DNA from: Burkholderiales bacterium
Lineage (GTDB): Bacteria; Pseudomonadota; Gammaproteobacteria; Burkholderiales; JAEUOS01
Assembly (NCBI GenBank): GCA_043775155.1
Contig: JAYVSR010000025.1
Span: 1-49,635 of the forward strand
Length of the DNA: 49,635 bases
Reading direction: 5' to 3'
The translations under genes were made by a program, and so were the position numbers. Positions 43,385-49,635 of the stretch are shown one piece after another; the first letter of the stretch is position 1; each line of letters opens with the position of its first letter. The notes below the pieces were generated by a model, which saw nothing but the letters and a program-made list of their open reading frames with translations, was not told where the DNA came from and searched no databases.

Positions 43385-43931
43385 GCGGCTCGCCGCAACG
43401 CTCGATGCGGCTGCCGTTCCTTACATGGTGATCGGCGGCCAGGCCGTCGTGCAATACGGAGAATCGAGGCTCACTCAAGACATCGACCTGACGCTGGGCA
43501 TCGGCATCGATGACTGGCGCCGTGGCGACCGCTTGCTGCGGACCGCCGGGCTGGTCCCGCGAGTGATTGACTACGAGAAAACGGCCGAGAACGGACACAT
43601 CCTGCTTCTCAGGGACGCTGCGTTATCGATTCCGGTTGACGTAAGCCTGTCCGGCTCGCCGATGGAAACGTCTGCGCTTGCGAGAGTGACGCACCACTTG
43701 GTCGGATCAACCCAGGTGGCGTTCGCGTCATTGGAGGATTTGCTGATCCAGAAAATCTTCGCCGGGCGCGAACACGATCACGTTGATGTGCGGCGCTTGC
43801 TACGCAAGCAAAAAACGTTTGACCACGCTTACGTCGAGGAATGGTTACGGCGCTTGGGGCCGGCATTTGACCGTGATTTGCTGAGCGAATACAAATCTTT
43901 CCTGCCGGCCCCAAGAACGCCGCCGGATTGA
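43356..43931 (+). CDS. nucleotidyltransferase-fold protein (AbiEii/DUF6036-like minimal NTase)
   Basis: VPYMVIGGQAVVQYGESRLTQDIDLTL fits the hGGxAxxxYGxxRxTxDIDh NTase motif. 191 aa with a C-terminal helical region. Confidence 0.6.
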   Translation: MDQLFNPLLERLAATLDAAAVPYMVIGGQAVVQYGESRLTQDIDLTLGIGIDDWRRGDRLLRTAGLVPRVIDYEKTAENGHILLLRDAALSIPVDVSLSGSPMETSALARVTHHLVGSTQVAFASLEDLLIQKIFAGREHDHVDVRRLLRKQKTFDHAYVEEWLRRLGPAFDRDLLSEYKSFLPAPRTPPD

Positions 43932-43970
43932 AGCGCAAGCTGGCTACGTTGAGCGGCTACGCGGCGCGCT

Positions 43971-44000
43971 TGCTTGGCGCTGCTTGGCGCTGCTTGGCGC
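43971..44000 (+). repeat. 10-bp x3 perfect tandem repeat between convergent genes
   Basis: TGCTTGGCGC x3. The last base is part of the stop codon of the minus-strand gene. Confidence 0.85.
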
Positions 44001-44620
44001 TACTCAATCTTCGCCGCCACATCAATCGCCACAATCACCGCAGTCGTCCCCAGCATCATCCAGCCGCCGGCCAGCCACGCGCCGGTGGCGATGGCGGCGT
44101 AAAACGCGCGCCAGCCGCTGCGGTAGAGCTGCGCCGCTCTTGTGAGTTCGCTGATTGCCGCCGCTTCTGCTGCCGCAGCCGCGTCACTGCTGCCCTGCGA
44201 TAGACCAAACGGCAGGCCAAGCGAGTAGCCAGTGCGGTGATACAAACGCACCGCTTTTGAAAACAGCACCGCACACGCCGCCAGCAGCGCCAGCGGCAAA
44301 AACAATTTGACCTGCGCGCCACCCTGTAGCCAGTCCACTTCGGCGGGCGCATTTAACTGGCCATGGCCAATCGAAATCACCCCCATCAGTGCCAGCACGG
44401 CAGTCGTCGCCATCAGCGTCGCCGCCATGATCGAGTTGCGCACGGTTTGGATCGCCAAAATTTCCGCGCCGGGTGCGGCGAGAATCCGCTTGACCCAGGC
44501 GCGGCGCAATTCCATCGACTGCTTCGCTTCCTCACCCTTCAGCGCAACCCAGACGAAGCGGCCCGCCAGCAGCAGCAGCGCGAGCGTGACAGGCAGCAGG
44601 TCAGTGATTGATGAAGACAT
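44000..44620 (-). CDS. DUF599-like integral membrane protein
   Basis: 206 aa, 4-5 TM helices. ...ELRRAWVKRIL...ILAIQTVRNSIMAATLMATTAVLAL... resembles DUF599 as I remember it. Starts 3 nt after the upstream stop (same operon). Confidence 0.5.
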   Translation of the reverse strand: MSSSITDLLPVTLALLLLAGRFVWVALKGEEAKQSMELRRAWVKRILAAPGAEILAIQTVRNSIMAATLMATTAVLALMGVISIGHGQLNAPAEVDWLQGGAQVKLFLPLALLAACAVLFSKAVRLYHRTGYSLGLPFGLSQGSSDAAAAAEAAAISELTRAAQLYRSGWRAFYAAIATGAWLAGGWMMLGTTAVIVAIDVAAKIE

Positions 44621-44623
44621 GAT

Positions 44624-45031
44624 TCAACCAAACCGCCGCGTCAGCCACACGCCCGCCGCCATCGCTGGCACAAACACCAGCGCATCGAGATTGAATGCGC
44701 CCAGCGCGGTGAGCGCCGGGCCGGGACAATAACCAGCCAGCGCCCAGCCCGCACCGAACAGAGCGGAGCCGACGATCAGCCGAACATCAAGATCATCGCG
44801 GGTTGGCCAATTGAATTTGCCACCGGCCCACGGCGCGCCGATCTTGCGCGCTACCGCGTAAAGCACAAATGCGACCGCGACCGCCGTGCCGAGCACCGCG
44901 AGCAATTGCGGCCGCCAGGCACCGGCCAGATCGAGAAAGCCTTGCACATTGGCCGGGTCGGTCATGCCGCTCACCATCAATCCGAGCCCGAACACTGCAC
45001 CAGAAATAAACGCCAAAATGAATCCGAACAT
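44624..45031 (-). CDS. YeeE/YedE-family sulfur-transport membrane protein (second half-size subunit)
   Basis: Trimmed to ATG 45031: MFGFILAFISGAVFGLGLMVSGMTDPANVQGFLD...GSALFGAGWALAGYCPGPAL. Confidence 0.85.
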   Translation of the reverse strand: MFGFILAFISGAVFGLGLMVSGMTDPANVQGFLDLAGAWRPQLLAVLGTAVAVAFVLYAVARKIGAPWAGGKFNWPTRDDLDVRLIVGSALFGAGWALAGYCPGPALTALGAFNLDALVFVPAMAAGVWLTRRFG

Positions 45032-45033
45032 GA

Positions 45034-45456
45034 TTACGCGCTCCCAATCAAATGACGCAATACGTAGGTCACCACGAAGCCGGTGCCAAGGAAGGTGGCG
45101 ACTGCGGTGAGCGAGCGCACCGACAGGCGCGCGATGCCACAGACGCCGTGGCCCGAGGTGCAGCCGTTGGCGAGGGTGGTGCCGATGCCGACCAGCAAGC
45201 CGGCGGCGATCACCAGCGGCAACGATTGCCGTTGGGGCGCGGGCGTCCAGGCACCGAATGCCATGAGCAGCATGCCTGTTGCGATCAAGCCGAGTACAAA
45301 CGCGAGCCGCCACGCGGTGTCGCCGGCCAGTGGTTTGACGAGTCCACCAAATGCACCCGACACACCGGCGATGCGTCCGGTGCCGAGCATCAGGCCGCCG
45401 CTCGCCAGGCCAATCAGCGCGCCGCCGATGATGGCGTTGATCCATAGGGCATTCAT
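45034..45456 (-). CDS. YeeE/YedE-family sulfur-transport membrane protein (first half-size subunit)
   Basis: IIGGALIGLASGGLMLGTGRIAGVSG...GIGTTLANGCTSGHGVCG (conserved Cys motif). Confidence 0.85.
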   Translation of the reverse strand: MNALWINAIIGGALIGLASGGLMLGTGRIAGVSGAFGGLVKPLAGDTAWRLAFVLGLIATGMLLMAFGAWTPAPQRQSLPLVIAAGLLVGIGTTLANGCTSGHGVCGIARLSVRSLTAVATFLGTGFVVTYVLRHLIGSA

Positions 45457-46505
45457 GTTTGTGTCTCCGGTTGGTTGGGTGTGGGTGTGAGAGGAAGGTT
45501 ATGAGTCACGGGCAAACCGGCCTCGCGCCAGGCCTGCATGCCACCGGCGACGTTGACTGCGTTGCCGACGCCGCGCGCGGCGAGATTGCGCGCCGCCAGC
45601 ATCGAGCGTTTGCCGCTGCGGCAGATTAAATAGAGATGGCCGCAACCGGCTGCCAGCGCTGCCATGTGCGGGTAGTCGTCGTGGGTGACGCGCACGGCGC
45701 CGGGCGCTTTGCCTTGTTCAAATTCTGCGGCGTCGCGCAGATCAAGCAACAGCGCGCGATCCGAGCGCAACGCTGGCGGCACGGCGGTAACCGGCACCGA
45801 GGCCCACGGCGTGTCGTGCTCATCGACCAGCCCGCCGATGCGGTTGAGCGGCACCGCCTCGTCGAGGCGCTTCGGAGGTGGCAAGTTGAGTGCCGCCATC
45901 AGCGCGACGAAATCGTCTTCGCTGTGGCCTGCGAGGCGCGGGTTGGCGGCGCGCTCAGTGCCAATCGTGCTATCGGTGCGGCCCTGGTAGTCGTGTGCCG
46001 GATAGACGATGGTCGCATCCGGCAGAGCGAATAAGGTTTGCGTAATGCTGGTGTAGAGCGCATGCGCATCGCCATTCTGAAAATCAGCCCGGCCACAGCC
46101 GCCGATCAACAGCGTGTCACCGGTGAACACCTGATTGCGCCAAACCAAGCTCATGCTGCCGGGTGTGTGACCGGGGGTTGCCAGCGCGTCAAGGCGCTCA
46201 GCGCCAAAGGTGATCGAGTCGCCCTGCTGCAGACTGCGGTCGTACCCCACTGCGCCGCAGGCTGCACCCACCGCAGTGCAGGCGCCGGTGGCGGCCTTGA
46301 GCGCGTTTGCACCGGTGACGTGATCGGCATGCACATGCGTGTCGATGATCCACTGGAGCTTGAGATTGCCGGCGCGCAGCACCGCCAGATCACGCTCGCG
46401 CTGCTCCAGCACCGGGTCGATGATCACTGCGTCCAGTGACGTATCGTCAGCCAGGATGTAGGTGTAAGTCGATGAAGCGGGGTCGAACAGTTGATGGAAT
46501 GTCAT
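45453..46505 (-). CDS. persulfide dioxygenase (ETHE1/Blh-type MBL) fused to a rhodanese domain
   Basis: Trimmed to ATG 46505 (GGAGG Shine-Dalgarno). FDPASSTYTYILAD, IDTHVHADHVTG, TPGHTPGS, GDTLLIGGCGRADF, YPAHDY. C-terminal rhodanese with the active-site loop CRSGKRS. Confidence 0.88.
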   Translation of the reverse strand: MTFHQLFDPASSTYTYILADDTSLDAVIIDPVLEQRERDLAVLRAGNLKLQWIIDTHVHADHVTGANALKAATGACTAVGAACGAVGYDRSLQQGDSITFGAERLDALATPGHTPGSMSLVWRNQVFTGDTLLIGGCGRADFQNGDAHALYTSITQTLFALPDATIVYPAHDYQGRTDSTIGTERAANPRLAGHSEDDFVALMAALNLPPPKRLDEAVPLNRIGGLVDEHDTPWASVPVTAVPPALRSDRALLLDLRDAAEFEQGKAPGAVRVTHDDYPHMAALAAGCGHLYLICRSGKRSMLAARNLAARGVGNAVNVAGGMQAWREAGLPVTHNLPLTPTPNQPETQT

Positions 46506-46565
46506 GTGTCGCCTCCGGTGAAGGGGAAGAATGGCCGCATTGTGCGCGGCGTGCGCCGGAGCGTC

Positions 46566-46581
46566 TGTAACAATCGTCACA
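46566..46581 (-). promoter_or_regulatory. CRP/FNR-family binding site upstream of the sulfur operon
   Basis: TGTAACAATCGTCACA equals TGTGA-N6-TCACA with one mismatch. Its centre is about 68 nt upstream of the dioxygenase ATG. Confidence 0.5.
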
Positions 46582-46697
46582 CAACGAGGTGCGGCGGCGG
46601 AACGACGGGCGGCGGCAACACGGCGTGCGGTCGACAAACGGCGCGCAGCAGCAGTCGTTGCTGCCGCGCCATCAGCCTGCCTGCCGCTGCCGCGCCC

Positions 46698-47363
46698 TCA
46701 GCCCGCCTGCCGCTCCAGCGAGGCCGGCTCGATCACCAGCACCGCCTCGCGTTGTTGCTCGATCAGCCCGCGATCGGCAAAGCTGCGCAGCACGCGGCTG
46801 ACCATCTCGCGCGCTACGCCGAGTTCATCGGCCAGCGCTTGATGCGTCGCCGTCACCCGCGGGCCACGTTCCACCAGCAGGCGCGCGAGGCGTTGATCGA
46901 GTTTTTGAAACGCGACGGCTTCGACCAAGCCGATCAAATCGGCAATCCGCTCGCCGTAGAGGCGAAAAATGAAGGTGCGAAAGGCCGGCTCGGTAGCGAC
47001 CAGTTGATCGACCACCTCGGCCGGTACCGCCGCCAATTCGACATCGGTGGCGGCGATGCCGGTCGCATCGAACGGCAATGCGCCGAGCAGCGCGCCGTTC
47101 GACACCACACAGGCTTCGCCGGGCAAGATGGTGTAAAGCTGGATCGACTTGCCCTCGGGCGTCGTGCGCAATACGCGTACCTGGCCGGCCAGGAGAAACG
47201 GCAGCGCCGCGCACGGGTCGCCGCGCGTGAACAGCGTGGTGCCGCGCGGCGCACTGCGCGTCAGCGCCGAATCAGCCAAGCGCTGAAACACATTGGCGGG
47301 CAGGGCGCGCAGCGCGGGGAACGCGGCGGCCAAGCGTTGTGCGGTATCGTTTGAAGCGGACAT
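46698..47363 (-). CDS. Crp/Fnr-family transcriptional regulator
   Basis: cNMP-binding-like barrel (LFTRGDPCAALPFLLAGQVRV...SIQLYTILPGEACV) and a C-terminal HTH (THQALADELGVAREMVSRVLRSF). There is no FNR-type N-terminal Cys cluster. ATG 47363 preferred over 47384. Confidence 0.85.
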   Translation of the reverse strand: MSASNDTAQRLAAAFPALRALPANVFQRLADSALTRSAPRGTTLFTRGDPCAALPFLLAGQVRVLRTTPEGKSIQLYTILPGEACVVSNGALLGALPFDATGIAATDVELAAVPAEVVDQLVATEPAFRTFIFRLYGERIADLIGLVEAVAFQKLDQRLARLLVERGPRVTATHQALADELGVAREMVSRVLRSFADRGLIEQQREAVLVIEPASLERQAG

Positions 47364-47423
47364 GATCGGGCTATTATGCAGCATCGCGCGCTGGAATCAT
47401 TTGCAATGGAGCGATGCCAATGC

Positions 47424-47446
47424 CATGAGAGCCGCTCCCACCAAGG
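47424..47446 (+). repeat. third (partial) copy of the GCTCCCACCAAGG repeat
   Basis: CATGAGAGCCGCTCCCACCAAGG against 32458-32480, CGTGAGAATCGCTCCCACCAAGG. Confidence 0.6.
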
Positions 47447-47544
47447 GTTTTATCGATGTCGCCAGTTGCATGCGCAAGCACGGCAGTCTGATCGGCAGGC
47501 ACCCAGCCTGCCTCGGCAAAAGAGAATTTAACCAAGAGGATCAC

Positions 47545-48237
47545 ATGAGCCAGTCGCCAGTCGCACCCCGGCCAGTCTCACCCCGGCCAGTCTCACCCCG
47601 GCCAGCCGCACCCCGCAAAACCCACGCGCAGGCACTCGAACGCTGGAATGGCCGCTACAGCGCGCCGGGCTTTTTGTTTGGTGAAGCGCCAAACGTGTAT
47701 CTCACCCGGCACGCCTCCCGCTTGCCCGCGCGTGGCCGTGCGCTTTCCGTGGCTGATGGTGAAGGGCGCAACAGCGTGTGGCTGGCGCAGCGGGGCCTCA
47801 CGGTGGACGCGATGGATTTCTCGCCAGTCGCTGTTGCCAAGGCACGAGCCTTCGCCAACGCGCGCGGCGTGAATGTGAATTTTGCTGAAGCCAATGTCGT
47901 CGAGCTGGCTTGGCCCACGGCTACCTACGACGTGATCGCCGCGATCTTCATCCAGTTCGCTACGCCCGCCGAGCGCGCGCAATTGTTCGCGTGGTTCAAG
48001 CGGGCGTTAAAGCCGGGCGGCTTATTGATCCTGCAAGGCTATCGTGTCGAGCAGCTCACCTACGGCACCGGCGGCCCGCCGGAGCGCGATCATCTCTACA
48101 CCACTGCGATGCTGCGTGATGCGTTTGCCGATTGCGAGATTGACGAGTTGTTGTCGTACGACGCCGACATTCAGGAGGGCAGCGGCCACAGCGGCATGTC
48201 GGCGTTGCTCGGCATGGCAGCGCGCACGCGCAAATAG
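47545..48237 (+). CDS. class I SAM-dependent methyltransferase (TehB-like) with a Pro-rich repeat N-terminus
   Basis: ATG 47545 with AAGAGGA Shine-Dalgarno. RALSVADGEGRNSVWLAQRGLTVDAMDFSP (motif I variant), LKPGGLLILQGY. A 15-bp tandem repeat CACCCCGGCCAGTCT x3.5 (47564-47616) encodes PRPVSPRPVSPRPAAP. Confidence 0.8.
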   Translation: MSQSPVAPRPVSPRPVSPRPAAPRKTHAQALERWNGRYSAPGFLFGEAPNVYLTRHASRLPARGRALSVADGEGRNSVWLAQRGLTVDAMDFSPVAVAKARAFANARGVNVNFAEANVVELAWPTATYDVIAAIFIQFATPAERAQLFAWFKRALKPGGLLILQGYRVEQLTYGTGGPPERDHLYTTAMLRDAFADCEIDELLSYDADIQEGSGHSGMSALLGMAARTRK

Positions 48238-48247
48238 CGCGTTCGTC

Positions 48248-48805
48248 TTACGTCACATCGCCCGGCTGCGGCGCGCGCTTGTTGCCCGACAGCATTGCGG
48301 CCGGCAGATTCTCGCGGTGCCGCCAACTGGCGAAGAGCGCGCCGGCCACATGCAACGCCGCCAGCACAAGCAGCGCGTGAGCGAGCCCATCATGTAATTT
48401 CTCGACCCACTCGATGCCCCAGAAACGATCCGTGGTGTAAAGCCAGCCGGTCGCCGAGGCCAGCGCCGCGCACAGCAGCAAGGCGACGATCATCCAGGCG
48501 CCCAAGGGGTTGTGGCCGATGTGGCGCGGCTCGGCATGCGCCGCCACTTGTTTGGCGTAAGCGAGCGTGGGCAACGGGCCGCGCACAAACTGTGAAAAGC
48601 GTGCGTAGCGCGGGCCGCAAAAGCCCCAGATCAAACGCAGCGCCACCACGGCCAGCACGACGTAGCCGGCCCACTCGTGCAGTTTCGCGGCGTTGGCACC
48701 TTGCAGCTTGGTAGTGACCCACGCGGTGAACACGCCTGCCACCAGCGCCCAATGCAGGATGCGTAGCAGCGGATCCCAGACGCGCATCACGCTCTGCGGG
48801 TGCAT
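48248..48805 (-). CDS. cytochrome b561 / Ni-hydrogenase-cytochrome-b-type membrane protein
   Basis: VWDPLLRILHWALVAGVFTAWV...HEWAGYVVLAVVALRLIWGF...HNPLGAWMIVALLL...LHDGLAHALLVLAALHVAGALF (four-helix, bis-His pattern). Start is ATG 48805 or 48787. Confidence 0.8.
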   Translation of the reverse strand: MHPQSVMRVWDPLLRILHWALVAGVFTAWVTTKLQGANAAKLHEWAGYVVLAVVALRLIWGFCGPRYARFSQFVRGPLPTLAYAKQVAAHAEPRHIGHNPLGAWMIVALLLCAALASATGWLYTTDRFWGIEWVEKLHDGLAHALLVLAALHVAGALFASWRHRENLPAAMLSGNKRAPQPGDVT

Positions 48806-48853
48806 TGCGCAATCACGCGGCGCGTCCTGCCGCTCAGCCTCAATCAACTGCGC

Positions 48854-49168
48854 TCAACCCTTGTGATCTTTCGCCCCTACCGGCACCGGCGCAAACGTAC
48901 GCGGATGAAAATACGCTTCGACGCGCTCGCCTTTTTCGTTCAGCGCATACACCTCGTAGCAGCCGCCATCGACCTTGATGCGGCGCACCTGCCAGCCCTT
49001 TTCTTTCAGCTGCGCTTCGAGCTTTTCTTGCGGTTGCCAGGAATCCCGATTGCCGGAGTCGCAGCTAGCCAGGCCGGTGGCAGCGGCGGGCGCGGAGAAT
49101 GCAACGAGCACTACGGCAACCAGCGCGGCCGCGCTGATGTTCAAACAAGAGTTGATACGAGAATTCAT
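48854..49168 (-). CDS. PepSY-domain periplasmic protein (usual partner of the cytochrome b gene)
   Basis: Signal peptide, then SWQPQEKLEAQLKEKGWQVRRIKVDGGCYEVYALNEKGERVEAYFHP. Confidence 0.75.
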   Translation of the reverse strand: MNSRINSCLNISAAALVAVVLVAFSAPAAATGLASCDSGNRDSWQPQEKLEAQLKEKGWQVRRIKVDGGCYEVYALNEKGERVEAYFHPRTFAPVPVGAKDHKG

Positions 49169-49260
49169 GGGAGTCTCCGTTGGATTTGAAATGACGGCAG
49201 AAGCATAGCAGCAGGCTGCGGTGGGCCCGGGTTCTCACCCCTGCTCAGCGTGTCAGAGCA

Positions 49261-49299
49261 AAGCAGTAATGTCCGGTATCTCCCAAGCAGTAATGTCCG
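49261..49299 (+). repeat. 15-bp direct repeat
   Basis: AAGCAGTAATGTCCG at 49261-49275 and at 49285-49299. Confidence 0.8.
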
Positions 49300-49347
49300 C
49301 TTTTGGAAAGCGCGGAGGCAAGGCAAGTGGAGAAAGCGGAGATCGAG

Positions 49348-49635
49348 ATGGGTCTGAGAGAAGCGAAACGGCTGGAGGTAGTGGTTCAAGCGGAAGCAGG
49401 GGCGGTCAGTTGCAAAGAAGGAGCAAGGCGGCTGGGAGAAGCGGTCAGGCAAGCGATCTCGGCGCGCTACAAGCAGACGGCGGGGTTTGCCAAGGCGCAG
49501 GTCAACACGCGTTGACGGGCGTTTAGTAAGAGCGCGAAACGTCGCCTCGCTCGCGAGTACGACAGCGCATCGATTGCGTACAACCGGCTAAGCCGGCACT
49601 CGCGCAATCAACGACACCGTCACGCGCGAGATCGA
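49348..49635 (+). mobile_element. possible IS transposase N-terminal (HTH) fragment, interrupted by an in-frame TGA; runs off the window
   Basis: MGLREAKRLEVVVQAEAGAVSCKEGARRLGEAVRQAISARYKQTAG resembles the N-terminal HTH of ISNCY/IS1202-type transposases (xKRLxVxxQxxxGxxxxxEAAxxLGxSxRQxxR). TGA at 49513-49515, after which the frame stays open to the window end. Codon usage (AGA, GTA, GTT, CAA, GGA, AGG, AGT) is unlike the host genes. Confidence 0.3.

Overview
This is a 49.6-kb high-GC segment (about 63-65% by eye, with strong GC3 bias). The gene content looks betaproteobacterial, Burkholderiales-type: two Bug/TctC binding proteins, TorF-glnK-amtB, gshA-gshB followed by an EIIA(Man)-HPr-EI mini-PTS, metX-metW, ampG and paaABCDE. 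I call about 50 protein genes. I saw no rRNA, tRNA or CRISPR. All functional calls come from reading the translated ORFs and recalling family motifs; no database search was possible. Start codons were re-picked where the ORF track gave obvious N-terminal over-extensions. The housekeeping blocks are interrupted by small accessory islets: a DUF1778/GNAT (TacAT-like) toxin-antitoxin pair (6.65-7.45 kb), an overlapping small-ORF + nucleotidyltransferase pair (43.1-43.9 kb), and an IS-like fragment with foreign codon usage at the right edge. The most interesting part is an 8.7-kb block (23.8-32.4 kb). It is a four-gene operon: stand-alone receiver, TPR + YaiO-type beta-barrel outer-membrane protein, membrane HEAT-repeat protein, and a processive family-2 glycosyltransferase. 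It sits head-to-head with a FecR-TPR protein and a CHASE2 hybrid histidine kinase, and the block is bracketed by 28-bp direct repeats. I read it as an uncharacterised synthase-dependent exopolysaccharide secretion system that appears to be controlled by a phosphorelay rather than by c-di-GMP. Regulatory signals visible in the sequence: two sigma54 promoters plus NtrC-like sites for TorF-glnK-amtB; a leader with SAM-II-like motifs and an attenuator hairpin before metX; a TetR/PaaR-like operator on the paaA promoter; and a CRP-like box before a persulfide-dioxygenase operon. A 20-25 bp palindromic element is inserted twice, in two different reading frames, inside paaD. Perfect 10-15 bp tandem repeats recur at gene borders.
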